A stretch of DNA of 64,000 bases from Escherichia coli. GTDB taxonomy: Bacteria; Pseudomonadota; Gammaproteobacteria; Enterobacterales; Enterobacteriaceae. The notes beneath the pieces were generated by a model that was given only the letters and a program-made list of their open reading frames with translations, did not search any database and was not told the DNA's origin. Position 1 is the stretch's first letter. Each line of letters begins with the position of its first letter. Position numbers and translations under genes: made by a program. Shown here one piece after another: positions 36,117-48,485 of this stretch. The DNA lies in the NCBI RefSeq assembly GCF_001677475.2, contig NZ_CP015229.1, one strand, 5' to 3'.

Positions 36117-37595
36117 TCACCCCGCCCGTAAAAACATTTTCATTTTTTCGCTGCGACAAAACTGACGCTTCACTTCCACCACCAGCGGATGGCGCGACAG
36201 CACAATCATCACCACAAACGCCAGCACGCCCGCGGCTATTTGCACCGCCAGCAGCATCCCCAGCGCCAGTTGCCCTTTCAGTACAATGCCCAGTGCATAA
36301 CTGACCACCAGCGTCGGCAGCGAGAGATAAAACGGTAGCCACAAACTCAGGATGTACTGGCGATAACTGGAACCGAGCACCGGTTTAATCATCACGAAAT
36401 AGCTCAGAATGGTGTTGATAATCTGCACCAGCAGGAAACCGAGCGTGACGCCGATTGCGCCCGCCATCTGCCCACCAATGATGATTGCCGGAATAAACAG
36501 AAATGTTTTGAATACGTTGAATTTAAAGCTGATATCCACCCGCGCTTTCGCCATCAGCAGCGAACCAATCGGGTTACCCACTGAGCGCAGTAGCCCCACC
36601 ACACACAGCAATTGCAGCACCGGAATAATGCTGTTCCACTTTTCGCCAAATACCAGCGGTACAAAGTTATTCGACACCACCATTAGCCCCAGCAGCGCCG
36701 GAAAGTTGATAATCCCCACTACCGACAGCAGCTTGTAGAAGTTGACGCGCAGCTTTTCGGTGTCGTCCTGAATTTTGGCAAATGCCGGAAACAACACGCG
36801 GGTGATGATTGGGTTCAGCTTCATCGGCGGCACAACTGCCACGTTGTACGCCAGGTTGTATCCCCCTGCCACGCCCGCGCCGAGAATACGCGCCAGCACC
36901 AGCGTTGAAAGGTTGGTGTTGAGATAGTTGATGATGCTGTCCGCCGTCAGCCAGGCACCAAAGCGTAAGTTCGGTGCCACCGACGCCAGCGAGAAATGCA
37001 GACCGGGGCGATAAATTTTGCGGCCAAAGTAGCCAAACAGCAGCGTTCTTACCGCACTATTGACCAGATAACCGAGGATCGCGGTCATCGCCAGCGGCCA
37101 GAAATGGGCGCTAACCACCGTAAAAGTAAAGCCCGCCAGCACCGCGCTGGTTTCGATCATGCCGATTTTGTTGAACTCCAGCTCTTTTTGCATCAACGCG
37201 CGGAACTGCTGCCCGTGGGGGATCACCACAAACGCCAGTGACAATGTTTTAATCAACGGTGCCAGGTCCGGGTTATTCAGCACGTCGCCGATGAGATCAC
37301 TCAACAAAAACACTGCCACGCACACTACAATCCCCAGCCCGACGTTCAGCCAGTACAGCGTGGTGAGTTCCAGGTGGCTGATTTCTTTTCGCTGAATAAT
37401 CGAGTTAGCGATACCGAAGTCAGAAAGCGTATCTGCCAGCGCGATGATCACCAGCGACACGGTAAGCAAACCGAACTGGTGGTTGTCAATAATCCGCGCC
37501 AGCACGGTCATCTGTACCAGCCCGAGGCCGATGATGATCACCGTAGCAATCGCCGACCACTTCGCGCCGCTGATGGTTTTTTCACGTAAGCTCAT
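36117..37595 (-). CDS. wzxC: Colanic acid repeat-unit flippase WzxC
   Basis: 492-aa multi-TM; synteny. Confidence 0.9.
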   Translation of the reverse strand: MSLREKTISGAKWSAIATVIIIGLGLVQMTVLARIIDNHQFGLLTVSLVIIALADTLSDFGIANSIIQRKEISHLELTTLYWLNVGLGIVVCVAVFLLSDLIGDVLNNPDLAPLIKTLSLAFVVIPHGQQFRALMQKELEFNKIGMIETSAVLAGFTFTVVSAHFWPLAMTAILGYLVNSAVRTLLFGYFGRKIYRPGLHFSLASVAPNLRFGAWLTADSIINYLNTNLSTLVLARILGAGVAGGYNLAYNVAVVPPMKLNPIITRVLFPAFAKIQDDTEKLRVNFYKLLSVVGIINFPALLGLMVVSNNFVPLVFGEKWNSIIPVLQLLCVVGLLRSVGNPIGSLLMAKARVDISFKFNVFKTFLFIPAIIIGGQMAGAIGVTLGFLLVQIINTILSYFVMIKPVLGSSYRQYILSLWLPFYLSLPTLVVSYALGIVLKGQLALGMLLAVQIAAGVLAFVVMIVLSRHPLVVEVKRQFCRSEKMKMFLRAG

Positions 37596-37596
37596 A

Positions 37597-38991
37597 TCAA
37601 TATGCCGCTTTGTTAACGAAACCTTTGAATACCGTCAGGAAAACGATTTTGATATCGAACCAGACGCTCCATTCGCGGATGTACTCAAGGTCGAACTCGA
37701 CGCGTTTTTCCATTTTCTCCAGCGTGTCGGTTTCGCCGCGCCAGCCGTTAATCTGCGCCCAGCCAGTAATGCCCGGTTTCACTTTATGGCGCAGCATGTA
37801 GCCTTCAATGAGCTGTCGATACTGTTCGTTATGCGCCACTGCGTGCGGACGTGGCCCGACAATCGACATCCCACCAGTCAGCACATTGATAAACTGCGGC
37901 AATTCGTCCAGCGAGGTGCGGCGCAGAAAGTTCCCCACTTTGGTAACGCGCGGATCGTTCTGCGTCGCCTGGGTCACCACTTTGTCGTTCTCCATCACTT
38001 TCATGGAACGGAACTTCCACACTTTGATCGGTTTGCCATCCATGCCATAGCGAGTCTGGCGGAAAATAACCGGCCCTGGTGAACTGAGTTTCACCGCCAG
38101 CGCAATACAGCACAGCACCGGGGAGATCAGCAGCAGAATAAGCGTCGCCAGCACAATGTCTTCCGCACGTTTGAGCAGGCGGTTTACCCCGGAAAGCGGC
38201 GTATCGTACAGCGGTACCACCGGTACGCCGTTCATCTCTTCGATACGGGAATGGAGAATGTTGAAGGTAAAGACATCGGGGATCAGCAGCACCGAACAGG
38301 TGGTGTCCGCCAGTTGATGGACCAGTTTTTTCACGCGCGCGCCGTCGCACATTTGCATCGCGATATAGACGTTATGAATCTTGCCCGCTTTCGCATCCTC
38401 GACCAGTTGTTGCAGATTACCCGCCCAGTCGTTAGAAACGCCGCCCGGTTTTGGGTCGTGGTATACGCCCACCACTTCAAACCCTAACCACGGCTGATTA
38501 CGGAAGCTCTCCATCAGCATTTGTCCGGCGGCTAAATCCCCCGCTACGGCGACCATACGCTTGTTATAGCCATGATTACGCAGCCAGCCCGCCCCAATGC
38601 GAATACATGAACGGCAAACCACCAGTCCGATGCTGGTCAGCCCATACCACGCCAGCCAGATTTTCAGTTGCGTGTCGAAATCATTGTTGAACGCCACCAG
38701 ACCGGCGCTGAAAATCACGCTTAAGGTCCAGTTTTGTAGCAACAGGGCAAATTCTGTCGCTGCCCGAACACCGCGCCATGAGCGATAAAAATCGGTGATG
38801 CCGCCCAGCATCTGGAACACCACCAGCGTAATCAGCGCCACCAACAGGTGCATGTAGAGGAATGACAGTCCGCTCACTTCGCAAACCAGCCATAACCCGG
38901 CAAACATGATGGTGATATCTGAAAAGCGTTGCACCATAGAGATTAACGATGCATTGGTTTTCGCTCGCTCGCGCTTTTTTAGATTTGTCAT
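37597..38991 (-). CDS. wcaJ: Undecaprenyl-phosphate glucose phosphotransferase WcaJ
   Basis: 464 aa; C-terminal sugar transferase domain (VGPRPH); synteny. Confidence 0.9.
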   Translation of the reverse strand: MTNLKKRERAKTNASLISMVQRFSDITIMFAGLWLVCEVSGLSFLYMHLLVALITLVVFQMLGGITDFYRSWRGVRAATEFALLLQNWTLSVIFSAGLVAFNNDFDTQLKIWLAWYGLTSIGLVVCRSCIRIGAGWLRNHGYNKRMVAVAGDLAAGQMLMESFRNQPWLGFEVVGVYHDPKPGGVSNDWAGNLQQLVEDAKAGKIHNVYIAMQMCDGARVKKLVHQLADTTCSVLLIPDVFTFNILHSRIEEMNGVPVVPLYDTPLSGVNRLLKRAEDIVLATLILLLISPVLCCIALAVKLSSPGPVIFRQTRYGMDGKPIKVWKFRSMKVMENDKVVTQATQNDPRVTKVGNFLRRTSLDELPQFINVLTGGMSIVGPRPHAVAHNEQYRQLIEGYMLRHKVKPGITGWAQINGWRGETDTLEKMEKRVEFDLEYIREWSVWFDIKIVFLTVFKGFVNKAAY

Positions 38992-39126
38992 CGTTGTTCC
39001 TGTTCTATTGTCGCCTCGCCCCTCACCCCGGCCCTCTCCCCAAAGGGGCGAGGGGGAGAAGAAAGTTCCGTGCTCACTTCTCTCCGCAGGCAGTAGAGCG
39101 TCAGGGTGAGGGGGAAAGTAATGACA

Positions 39127-40497
39127 TTACTCGTTCAGCAACGTCAGCAGAGTTCGCGTTCGCGCTTCCATCAGCGGCACATCACCGCGCGATTCCACAT
39201 TCAGGCGCACCACCGGTTCGGTGTTGGAGGAGCGCAGGTTAAAGCGCCAGTCGGCAAAGGTCATGCTGATGCCATCGGTGCGATCCACCGCCAGCGCCTC
39301 ACGGCTAAAATGCTGTTCCACGCGGTTAATCGCCTCAACGGGATGCGCCAGTTTGCTGTTGATCTCACCGCTTGCCGGAAACGCCGCCATCCGGTCGCGT
39401 ACCAGTTCGCCCAGCGTTTTCTCTTTCAGGCACACCAGTTCGGCGACCAGCAGCCACGGGATCATGCCGCTGTCGCAGTAAGCGAAATCACGGAAGTAAT
39501 GGTGGGCGCTCATTTCGCCACCGTAGATGGCGTCTTCCTTGCGCATCCGTTCTTTAATAAAGGCGTGTCCGGTTTTCGACATCACCGGAGTGCCGCCCGC
39601 GGCAGTCACCACATCAACGGTGTTCCAGGAGAGACGTGGATCGTGGATGATCTTCGCGCCGGGATTTTTTTCGAGGAACGCTTCTGCCAGTAGGCCGACA
39701 ATGTAGTAGCCCTCAATAAACTGCCCTTTTTCGTCAAACAGGAAACAGCGGTCAAAATCGCCATCAAAGGCAATGCCCATATCCGCGCCGTGTTTGATGA
39801 CCGCATTGCGGGTGTCATCGCGGCATTCCGGCAGCAGCGGGTTAGGAATACCGTTGGGGAAATTGCCGTCCGGCGTGTTGTGCACTTTGATCAATTCCAC
39901 CGGTGCGCCGAGGGCGTTAAAGCGGGCTTCGATAGCGTCCACCACCGGCCCCGCTGCGCCGTTCCCGGAGTTGATTACCAGCTTGAGCGGCGTGAGGTTT
40001 TTGACGTTGATATAACCGAACAGGTGATCAACGTAAGCGTCACGCAGATTGATTTGCTGATAGCGACCGCGTTTTGTTTCATCAACGGGAGGAAAGTCGT
40101 TGGCTTCTGCCAGACGCTGGACGTCGCGCAGTCCGGTATCACCGCTGATCGGGCGGGCCCCTTCGCGCACCAGCTTCATGCCGTTGTAATCCATCGGGTT
40201 ATGGCTGGCGGTAACTTCGATGCCGCCATCCACGCCGAGATGGAACGTGGCGAAATAGATCTCTTCGGTGCCGGACATGCCAATATCCAGCACATCGACG
40301 CCCGCATCCTGTAAACCTTTCGCCAGCGCCAGTTTTAAGGTTTCGCTGGTGAGGCGGACATCACCGCCTAACACAATGGTTTTCGGTTTGAGAAATTCGC
40401 CATAGGCACGCCCAATACGCCAGGCAATATCTTCATTCAGTTCTTCGCCTAATTTCCCGCGAATATCGTAGGCTTTAAAGCAGGTTAATTTTTTCAT
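39127..40497 (-). CDS. cpsG: Phosphomannomutase CpsG/ManB (start at [14 protein letters not shown])
   Basis: TASHNP catalytic loop, [16 protein letters not shown] motifs in ORF translation. Confidence 0.95.
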   Translation of the reverse strand: MKKLTCFKAYDIRGKLGEELNEDIAWRIGRAYGEFLKPKTIVLGGDVRLTSETLKLALAKGLQDAGVDVLDIGMSGTEEIYFATFHLGVDGGIEVTASHNPMDYNGMKLVREGARPISGDTGLRDVQRLAEANDFPPVDETKRGRYQQINLRDAYVDHLFGYINVKNLTPLKLVINSGNGAAGPVVDAIEARFNALGAPVELIKVHNTPDGNFPNGIPNPLLPECRDDTRNAVIKHGADMGIAFDGDFDRCFLFDEKGQFIEGYYIVGLLAEAFLEKNPGAKIIHDPRLSWNTVDVVTAAGGTPVMSKTGHAFIKERMRKEDAIYGGEMSAHHYFRDFAYCDSGMIPWLLVAELVCLKEKTLGELVRDRMAAFPASGEINSKLAHPVEAINRVEQHFSREALAVDRTDGISMTFADWRFNLRSSNTEPVVRLNVESRGDVPLMEARTRTLLTLLNE

Positions 40498-40587
40498 GTC
40501 GTTACCCTTTTTCAGGCAATAGTTGGCCCTGACCGAAGCGGCCAATTTTGTTTTTGTCGTTATTTACATCGCGGTTCGGCATTCATT

Positions 40588-40688
<101 letters not shown>

Positions 40689-40689
40689 T

Positions 40690-42126
40690 TTACACCCGTC
40701 CGTAGCGATCCGCGAAGCGCACCACATCATCCTCTTCGAGATAAGAGCCGGAGCGCACTTCAATTAAATCGAGCGGAATTTTCCCCGGGTTTTCCAGGCA
40801 GTGCTTCGCCCCCAGCGGAATATAAATGGACTCGTTTTCACCAAGCAGTTTGATATCACCGTCAATAGTGACTTTTGCCGTTCCCGCGACAACCACCCAG
40901 TGTTCCGCCCGGTGATGGTGCATCTGTACCGACAAGCCTTCGCCCGGTTTCACGGTGATGCGTTTCACCTGGTAGCGGTCGCCCGCGTCGATAGAGTCAT
41001 ATTTGCCCCACGGGCGATAGACTTCGCGATGTACCCGATGCTCATGGCGACCATCGGCTTTGATCTGCTCGACCACTTTTTTCACATCCTGCACCGCATT
41101 GCGGTCGGCAATCAGCACCGCATCTTTGGTCTGCACTACCACCAAATCTTTCACCCCGACGGTGGTGACCAGGCCAGATTCGGCATACACATAGCTGTTT
41201 TCAGTTTTGTGATTAATCACATCGCCATGGCAAACGTTGCCCTCGGCGGTGTGGGCGCTGATCTCCCATAAAGAGGACCAGGAGCCGACATCGCTCCAGC
41301 CCGCATCCATCGGCACCACAACAGCATCTGCCGTGCGTTCCATAACTGCGTAATCCACCGACTCTTCCGGGCAGGCCAGAAACGCTTCTTCATCCACACG
41401 AATAAAATCGAGATCCGGATCGACGGCGCTCATCGCTTTTTCACAGGCGTTGAGGATGTCCGGGCGATATTTTTTCAGTTCTTCGAGATAGCGTCCGGCG
41501 CGGAACAGGAACATGCCGCTGTTCCAGTAATATTCGCCGCTTGCCACATAGGCCTGGGCGGTTTCCAGATTCGGTTTTTCGACAAACTGCGCCACTTCAA
41601 AGGCCACCGTATCCTGCTCACCCGCCGACACTTCACCGCGACGAATATAGCCATAACCGGTTTCTGGTAGATCCGGCACAATGCCGAAGGTCACCAGCTT
41701 ACCTGCTTCGGCATATGGCATGGCATTACGCACGGCGGCACGGAACGCGTCTTCATCGGCAATCACATGATCCGCCGCCAATACCAGCATTAACGGGTCG
41801 CTCTCCGGGCTATGACGTTTTGCCGCCAGCGCCGCCAGTGCAATGGCAGGTGCAGTGTTACGCCCTGCCGGTTCGAGAATAATGTTCTCGGTGAGTTTGT
41901 TCAGTTGACGCAGCTGTTCCGCGACAATAAAGCGGTGCTGCTCATTACAAATCACCACCGGGCTTTCGCACTCCACGCCGTTCAGGCGACAGATGGTGGT
42001 TTGCAGCATGGTGAGATCGCCTTTCAGGCATAAAAACTGCTTGGGGTAAAGTACGCGGGAAAGCGGCCATAAGCGGCTCCCGGAGCCACCTGCCATCACA
42101 ACTGGATAGAGTTTCGACTGCGCCAT
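40690..42126 (-). CDS. cpsB: Mannose-1-phosphate guanylyltransferase CpsB/ManC
   Basis: 478 aa; synteny. Confidence 0.95.
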   Translation of the reverse strand: MAQSKLYPVVMAGGSGSRLWPLSRVLYPKQFLCLKGDLTMLQTTICRLNGVECESPVVICNEQHRFIVAEQLRQLNKLTENIILEPAGRNTAPAIALAALAAKRHSPESDPLMLVLAADHVIADEDAFRAAVRNAMPYAEAGKLVTFGIVPDLPETGYGYIRRGEVSAGEQDTVAFEVAQFVEKPNLETAQAYVASGEYYWNSGMFLFRAGRYLEELKKYRPDILNACEKAMSAVDPDLDFIRVDEEAFLACPEESVDYAVMERTADAVVVPMDAGWSDVGSWSSLWEISAHTAEGNVCHGDVINHKTENSYVYAESGLVTTVGVKDLVVVQTKDAVLIADRNAVQDVKKVVEQIKADGRHEHRVHREVYRPWGKYDSIDAGDRYQVKRITVKPGEGLSVQMHHHRAEHWVVVAGTAKVTIDGDIKLLGENESIYIPLGAKHCLENPGKIPLDLIEVRSGSYLEEDDVVRFADRYGRV

Positions 42127-42128
42127 AA

Positions 42129-43352
42129 TTATCCCCGAATATCATTTATAAATTGACGTAACACGTTCTCTTTATCGAGCGTGCGTTCGGCATATTCACG
42201 TGCCACCGTGTTGTGTTTGGGCAGCAGGAGCGCCTGACGGATCCCCGCCACCAGTGCCTCGACCGATTCCGGTTCTACGCAAACCGCAATGCCCGGAAAG
42301 GTTTCGCAAAGCTGCCCCAGTTCGGTGTGGGCTTCTGCGGTAATCACCGCGTTACCACCTACCGCCAGAATATTGGTCAGTTTCGACGGCAATACGGCAT
42401 CTGCCGCGCCGCGTTTTTGCACTACCAGATGGCAATCGCCCATCTTCAGCAGTGCGGGTAAAGCGTCATACGATTGCAGTGGAAAAAATTGCATGTTGCG
42501 CAGTCCACGCTGCTGCGCCATTTTTTCCAGCCGCGCTTTGCCGCCGCCCTGCCCGACAATGGCAAAAATCAGCGGTTCATCGCGCAGGCGATCGGCAGCT
42601 TCAATAACGTTTTCCAGCCCTTGCTTTTCACCAATATTGCCGGAGTAAAGAATGATTTTTTTGTTATCCGGCAGGCCAAGCTGGTTACGAAGGGCATCAA
42701 CATCGGCGTCTGCAACATATTGAAAACGGGCGATTTCCGACCAATTGGGGAAGAAGATGACGTTTTCCGCCGCCACGCCTTTTTCGATGGCTTTATTCAT
42801 CATCGAACGCGAAATCGTGGAGACGTTATCGACGTTATGCAGTCCGCTACGTTCGAACGCCGTCGCCAGCTGTGCCACTTTGCCGCCTTTGCCTTTTCCG
42901 GCAAGGCCCAGCCCCAGCATGGCGTCCACTTCGTAATCCTGAATATGCAGCACCGTGCGCGCACCAGAAAGTTTCGCCAGCAGGCGCATTCCCGGCGTGC
43001 AAAACAGCGTTGGCACTACGCCAATAATGCGCTCCGGCTTCCAGCGACGTTGCGCCATCAGCGGGAAAAAACTGCTGACGGCAAAACTGCCGAGATGCAA
43101 CAGGCGTTTCAGGGTGCTCGGCTGTTTTGGCACATACAGCGGGCAGCGCCACACCGTGGCGGCCCCCTCTTCCCGTTTGTACCGCCAGGCGGAATAGTTC
43201 TCACCCACCTGCCACTGCGGGTAGTAAGGCGGTGCGGTAATGACCCGCACCTCATGACCTTGTGCCGCAAGCCATTCCACCATCTCTCCGGTGTATTTGC
43301 CGATGCCGGTTAACTCCGGCGAGTAGTTAATGCCGTAGACCAGTATTTTCAT
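42129..43352 (-). CDS. wcaI: Colanic acid glycosyltransferase WcaI
   Basis: 407 aa GT1; synteny. Confidence 0.9.
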   Translation of the reverse strand: MKILVYGINYSPELTGIGKYTGEMVEWLAAQGHEVRVITAPPYYPQWQVGENYSAWRYKREEGAATVWRCPLYVPKQPSTLKRLLHLGSFAVSSFFPLMAQRRWKPERIIGVVPTLFCTPGMRLLAKLSGARTVLHIQDYEVDAMLGLGLAGKGKGGKVAQLATAFERSGLHNVDNVSTISRSMMNKAIEKGVAAENVIFFPNWSEIARFQYVADADVDALRNQLGLPDNKKIILYSGNIGEKQGLENVIEAADRLRDEPLIFAIVGQGGGKARLEKMAQQRGLRNMQFFPLQSYDALPALLKMGDCHLVVQKRGAADAVLPSKLTNILAVGGNAVITAEAHTELGQLCETFPGIAVCVEPESVEALVAGIRQALLLPKHNTVAREYAERTLDKENVLRQFINDIRG

Positions 43353-43828
43353 AATCCGGGTACTCCGGCACGCTTCTCAGCGAGAAAATAGGCGCGGCTG
43401 TTAGCGTGAACATTGTCACTGGCGAGCAGCGCGTCCGGCGTCAGCCAGCGGTAATCGTCATGCTGCTCATCCGGCAGTAACAGCTCTTCTTCCACTACTC
43501 TGAAGCGAAAACCGAGCACCACATAGTGAGTGGAGAAATCCGTGCCGGAGAAGTTATCGTCATAAAAGTGCTGCCAGACACCGTAAAACTGGCCTGCTGT
43601 TATCGGCAGACGCAGCCCCAGTTCCGCCATCGTCAGCCGCTCAAATGCGGCTTCCAGCGTTTCGTCTTTCTGCACGCGCCCTCCCGGCACAAACCAGTAA
43701 CCCTGCGCCGGGCGGTTGGTTCTTTTGCCAAGCAGAAACTCGCCGCGACTGTTCTCGACAATAAAGTCGAGAGAGACAAGCGGGGTGGAGCGCACTACCG
43801 TGGCAAAGTCTTCCTGACGTAAAAACAT
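43349..43828 (-). CDS. gmm: GDP-mannose mannosyl hydrolase Gmm/WcaH (start at MFLRQEDF)
   Basis: NUDIX protein; synteny. Confidence 0.9.
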   Translation of the reverse strand: MFLRQEDFATVVRSTPLVSLDFIVENSRGEFLLGKRTNRPAQGYWFVPGGRVQKDETLEAAFERLTMAELGLRLPITAGQFYGVWQHFYDDNFSGTDFSTHYVVLGFRFRVVEEELLLPDEQHDDYRWLTPDALLASDNVHANSRAYFLAEKRAGVPGL

Positions 43829-43830
43829 CA

Positions 43831-44796
43831 TTACCCCCGAAAGCGGTCTTGATTCTCAAGGAACCACTGGTAAGTGCTGGCAAGCCCCGCTTCCAGTGAG
43901 ATTTCGTGATACCAGCCAAGCTGATGCAGGCGCGTCACATCCAGCAGTTTGCGCGGCGTACCATCCGGTTTACTGGCATCAAAAACCACCCGACCTTTGT
44001 AACCCACCACTTTGGCGATGGTTTGCGCCAGCTCGCGGATAGTGCAGTCAACGCCCGTGCCGACGTTAATGTGTGACAGCATCGGCTGGGTGTTTTCCAG
44101 CCAGACTTCGTGCGCCAGCTCCATCACATGAATGCTCGCCGCTGCCATATCATCGACGTGCAGAAATTCACGCATCGGTGTACCGCTGCCCCATACCACC
44201 ACGTCCGGTGCATTCTGTGCCGTCGTCTCGTGGAAGCGACGCAGCAATGCAGGTATCACATGCGAATTACTCGGATGGAAGTTGTCGTGTGGCCCGTACA
44301 GGTTGGTCGGCATGACCGAGCGGTAATCGCGTCCATACTGGCGGTTGTAAGATTCGCACAGTTTGATCCCGGCGATTTTGGCAATGGCGTAAGGCTCGTT
44401 GGTCGGCTCCAGCGTACCCTGCAATAACTCGCTTTCGGCCATCGGCTGTTTTGCCAGTTTCGGGTAGATGCAGGACGATCCGAGAAACAGCAGTTTGTTC
44501 ACGTCGTTCTGATGCGCAGCGTGAATGATGTTGCTCTCAATCATCATGTTCTGGTAGATGAAATCCGCCGGATAGGTGTTATTGGCAACAATGCCGCCCA
44601 CTTTCGCTGCCGCCAGATAAACCTGGTCAATGCGCTCGCTGGCAAAGAAATCATGCACCGCACGGCTATCCAGAAGGCTCAGCTCGTCGCGGGTGCGTAA
44701 TACCAGTTCCACATCACCGCGCTGTTCGAGCTGCCGCCTGATGGCGGAACCGACCATCCCGCGATGGCCAGCGATAAAAATGCGTTGTTTACTCAT
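43831..44796 (-). CDS. fcl: GDP-L-fucose synthase Fcl (WcaG)
   Basis: 321 aa; synteny. Confidence 0.95.
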   Translation of the reverse strand: MSKQRIFIAGHRGMVGSAIRRQLEQRGDVELVLRTRDELSLLDSRAVHDFFASERIDQVYLAAAKVGGIVANNTYPADFIYQNMMIESNIIHAAHQNDVNKLLFLGSSCIYPKLAKQPMAESELLQGTLEPTNEPYAIAKIAGIKLCESYNRQYGRDYRSVMPTNLYGPHDNFHPSNSHVIPALLRRFHETTAQNAPDVVVWGSGTPMREFLHVDDMAAASIHVMELAHEVWLENTQPMLSHINVGTGVDCTIRELAQTIAKVVGYKGRVVFDASKPDGTPRKLLDVTRLHQLGWYHEISLEAGLASTYQWFLENQDRFRG

Positions 44797-44798
44797 GC

Positions 44799-45920
44799 TT
44801 ATGACTCCAGCGCGATCGCCACGTCGTAGCCGTGAGATTTCAGCAGAGAGTGTTTTTTCGCCGCTTCGAGGTCATTAGCCACCATTTCAGACACCATCTC
44901 TCTGAGGGTGATTTCCGGTTTCCAGCCCAGTTTTTCGTGCGCTTTGGTCGGGTCGCCAAGCAGCGTTTCAACTTCAGCCGGACGGAAGTAACGCGGGTCA
45001 ACGGCGATAATCACATCACCCGGTTTAACGCCCGGCGCGTCATGCCCGGTGACGGAAACCACAATGCCCTTCTCTTCAACACCCGTGCCTTCAAAGCGCA
45101 GTTTGATGCCCAACTGTGCTGCCGCCATTTCCACGAACTGACGTACGGAGTACTGAACGCCGGTCGCGATAACGAAATCTTCTGGCTGTTCCTGTTGCAG
45201 CATCATCCACTGCATTTTTACGTAGTCTTTGGCATGGCCCCAGTCACGCAGGGAATCCATATTGCCGAGGTACAGGCACGACTCCAGCCCCTGGGCGATG
45301 TTGGCGATTGCGCGGGTAATTTTGCGGGTAACGAAGGTTTCGCCGCGGCGCGGGGATTCATGGTTGAAGAGAATACCGTTACAGGCGTACATGCCGTAGG
45401 ATTCGCGGTAGTTAACGGTGATCCAGTAGGCGTACAGTTTGGCGACCGCATACGGAGAGCGTGGGTAGAACGGCGTGGTTTCTTTCTGCGGAATTTCCTG
45501 CACCAGACCGTACAGTTCAGAAGTGGAAGCCTGATAGAAACGAGTTTTCTTTTCCAGACCGAGGAAGCGGATCGCCTCCAGCAGGCGCAGCGTACCCATC
45601 GCATCAACGTCTGCGGTATATTCCGGTGACTCAAAAGAGACCGCAACGTGGCTCATTGCGCCCAGGTTGTAAACTTCATCCGGCTGCACTTCACGCAAAA
45701 TGCGCGTCAGGTTGGAGGTATCACTCAGGTCGCCATAATGCAGATGGAATTTCGGGTTGCAGGTGTGCGGATCCTGATAAATGTGATCCACGCGCTCGGT
45801 GTTGAATGACGATGCACGACGCTTAATACCATGCACCTCATAACCTTTTTCCAGCAGAAACTCTGCCAGGTAAGAACCGTCTTGTCCGGTTACACCGGTG
45901 ATGAGAGCGACTTTTGACAT
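44799..45920 (-). CDS. gmd: GDP-mannose 4,6-dehydratase Gmd
   Basis: 373 aa; synteny. Confidence 0.95.
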
Positions 45921-45946
45921 GTCTTATTCCTCTGTATTTTTTGAAT

Positions 45947-46495
45947 TTATTCAGTTTCAACGCGTTCGCGTATCACCACTGCGGGATTCCCCCGGCAAAC
46001 CACATTTGCCGGAAGCGATTTAAAAACACTGCTTCGCGCACCCACGACGGTGCCGTCGCCGATCGTTACGCCAGGGGCAACAAAGACATCGGTTGCCAGC
46101 CAGCATTTCTCGCCAATCACAATAGGTGTGGCGTTAATGGTGAAATGTTGACTTGCATGGTCGTGGCTACCGGTGCATAAATAACTTTTTTGCGATATCA
46201 CCGAATTTGCGCCAATGGTTATTTCACCGAGGGTATATAAATTGACCTCATCGCCGACCCACACGTAATCACCTAAGGTTAATTTCCACGGATAGGTAAT
46301 TTTTACTGACGGACGAATAACTACGTTTTTTCCTATTTTTGCGCCGAATAAACGTAATAAAAATTCCCGCCAGCGATACAATACTTGTGGCGACCAGGCA
46401 AATAATGTTGCCTGTACTGCCCACCACAATTGCACTTTAATAGCGTTGCCGCCCCGGAACCCTTTCGGCACCGAGAAACCACTTAAATCCTGCAT
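45947..46495 (-). CDS. wcaF: Colanic acid acetyltransferase WcaF (hexapeptide-repeat)
   Basis: 182 aa left-handed beta-helix repeats; synteny. Confidence 0.9.
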   Translation of the reverse strand: MQDLSGFSVPKGFRGGNAIKVQLWWAVQATLFAWSPQVLYRWREFLLRLFGAKIGKNVVIRPSVKITYPWKLTLGDYVWVGDEVNLYTLGEITIGANSVISQKSYLCTGSHDHASQHFTINATPIVIGEKCWLATDVFVAPGVTIGDGTVVGARSSVFKSLPANVVCRGNPAVVIRERVETE

Positions 46496-46510
46496 CGTTT
46501 TCCCTTATAT

Positions 46511-47257
46511 TCAGCTTTTGTTATATAAGGCTTTCGTCTTTGAGGTAGTACGTTGGCGTAAATGCCAGGATAATTCTGCCCAGAAGCCAGGCACATGTAA
46601 TATCTGCCGTTGGACTTTTTTGGCGTCAGCACACAATTCCATATTATTGGTGGTAGATACTCCACCCATAGAAAATTCAGACACCAGGCCATTGAGTTTT
46701 CTAAATGCATAACCAGCTTTATACATTTTGGCTGCCAGCGCGTAATCGGAAGAAACTTTATATTCCAGGTCATAACGCCATTTTTTCAAACCGGATACCG
46801 GGAAAAATATCGCCTGATGACTGGCGGGCAGGCTGTGATAAATATACCAGCCCGGTTTGGCGCTACGTTTAATTTTATGCCCGTCGCCAAAATCCAGCAG
46901 CGCATCGCCGGTGATCATCACGTTATCTTTTTGCATTTTTAACTTACGGACAAAAATTGCGGCATCCTGATGAAAAATATCGCCCGAGTTGAGAAACAAC
47001 GCGAACTTGCCTTGTGCCATCGCAATGCCCTTGTTCATGGCGTCGTAGATACCGTTATCTGGCTCGCTGACAAAGCGTAGGTTATAGATACCATTGAGGT
47101 TTTCCAGATACTCACGGGTGCCGTCGTTGGAACCGCCATCGACAACAATCCATTCGAAGCTGATATCGTCAGCCTGCGCCAGATGCGCCAGCGAGGCATG
47201 TGTTTTGACTATCCCTTCGAGGTTACGAAACGCGACAGTGATTATGCTAAGCAACAT
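46511..47257 (-). CDS. wcaE: Colanic acid glycosyltransferase WcaE (GT2)
   Basis: 248 aa; synteny. Confidence 0.9.
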   Translation of the reverse strand: MLLSIITVAFRNLEGIVKTHASLAHLAQADDISFEWIVVDGGSNDGTREYLENLNGIYNLRFVSEPDNGIYDAMNKGIAMAQGKFALFLNSGDIFHQDAAIFVRKLKMQKDNVMITGDALLDFGDGHKIKRSAKPGWYIYHSLPASHQAIFFPVSGLKKWRYDLEYKVSSDYALAAKMYKAGYAFRKLNGLVSEFSMGGVSTTNNMELCADAKKVQRQILHVPGFWAELSWHLRQRTTSKTKALYNKS

Positions 47258-47267
47258 GTTCTTATTC

Positions 47268-48485
47268 TTACCTCGTAATATTTAACGCTTTTCGCAAAAT
47301 AAACGGACAGACGATTAAAAAAGCATATTCCGGGCTAAATATCGAACCGGTAAAAAACAGCGATACCGGAGTGAAAAGATATAATTGCACGCGAAAATTG
47401 CGATTATCACCAAAAGCGTTGATCATCATTTTTATCACTTTTCCCATGTACCACAGCGATAAAAACACTGCGAACCAGGAAAAATAAATAATCAGCAGAT
47501 ACAAACCATTGTCTATGGTTTTTCCGACATCCGCACCGTTAAATATTCCGAATGATGCGACATATTCATAAAGTGAGCCAAATCTGACTACACCGTCAAT
47601 ATGGGTCAAAGAATAACCGACCATCACCAGCGGACCGACAATACGATAATACGATGACGATCCTTCCGTACCTAAATCACCCAGACGGGTGGAAATATAA
47701 GGAAACGCGATTACCACACCAACCAGGAATACAGCCAGAGAAATCAATGCTAACGGTAACTTTTTCTTAATCGCCTCTTTATTCAGATATTGAAATACCC
47801 ACTCCAGCAAATAAAAAAGGATAAAGGTCATAACCCCTGAAAACGATCCGGATAATATTATCCCTGCGAGAATCATAGCATCTGTTTTAGGCGTTTTGAT
47901 ACCAAACTGTTTGATGCTGAGCCAAATTGAGATTAATGCCAGAGCGAAAAATGCCGGTTCGAAATAAAGTGCTGTCGTGCGCTTGCCACCGAATTTAATG
48001 AAATTCAGTACATAGCTGTTGCTGTAAATCAGATATTTCGAAATCGACTCCATAATACTGCTGCCGCCGGTGAGGATAATTTGCGCCATCTCCACCGCCG
48101 CCAGCGCCACCACCAACCCGACCACCAGATAAAAAAAGCGTAATATCTTGCGGTGGTTGTGGGGCGAAATCGTTTTAAAGCGAATACTCCACACCATGCC
48201 AATAATGATCACAATATAGACAAACAGCATGGTTGAAGTGACGTATTTACTGGCATCCAACGACTGACCAAACAGGTAGTTAAACGCCGTGAGTCCCGCA
48301 CCAATCCCTAAGGCAATCATCAATTTTTTAACGCTGATGCGCTCTAAAAACAGCAGTAACAAGACAGGTAAAAAAGTGACGATGGTGATGGGAAAACTTT
48401 CGCCAAGCTGGGCGATTTTGACGTTAACCAGCAGGTAGATCAGCGGCAGCAGCAGGTAGCTACAGATTCTGATAGAAGTTGACAT
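47268..48485 (-). CDS. wcaD: Colanic acid polymerase WcaD (start at [12 protein letters not shown])
   Basis: Multi-TM 405-aa protein; ORF-track 5' extension overlaps wcaC and is probably not translated. Confidence 0.85.
   Translation of the reverse strand: MSTSIRICSYLLLPLIYLLVNVKIAQLGESFPITIVTFLPVLLLLFLERISVKKLMIALGIGAGLTAFNYLFGQSLDASKYVTSTMLFVYIVIIIGMVWSIRFKTISPHNHRKILRFFYLVVGLVVALAAVEMAQIILTGGSSIMESISKYLIYSNSYVLNFIKFGGKRTTALYFEPAFFALALISIWLSIKQFGIKTPKTDAMILAGIILSGSFSGVMTFILFYLLEWVFQYLNKEAIKKKLPLALISLAVFLVGVVIAFPYISTRLGDLGTEGSSSYYRIVGPLVMVGYSLTHIDGVVRFGSLYEYVASFGIFNGADVGKTIDNGLYLLIIYFSWFAVFLSLWYMGKVIKMMINAFGDNRNFRVQLYLFTPVSLFFTGSIFSPEYAFLIVCPFILRKALNITR

Noticed and set aside
35849-36131. 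ORF-track ORFs of 88 and 76 aa between wcaK and wzxC
   Set aside because: They lie entirely within tandem REP/BIME palindromes, and their translations (repeated LIRPT...RTVLCSG) mirror the repeat; not coding.
38906-39109. Small ORFs and the gcccctcaccccggccctctccccaaaggggcgagggggag sequence between cpsG and wcaJ
   Set aside because: This is a GC-rich palindromic intergenic repeat or terminator-like element rather than a gene.
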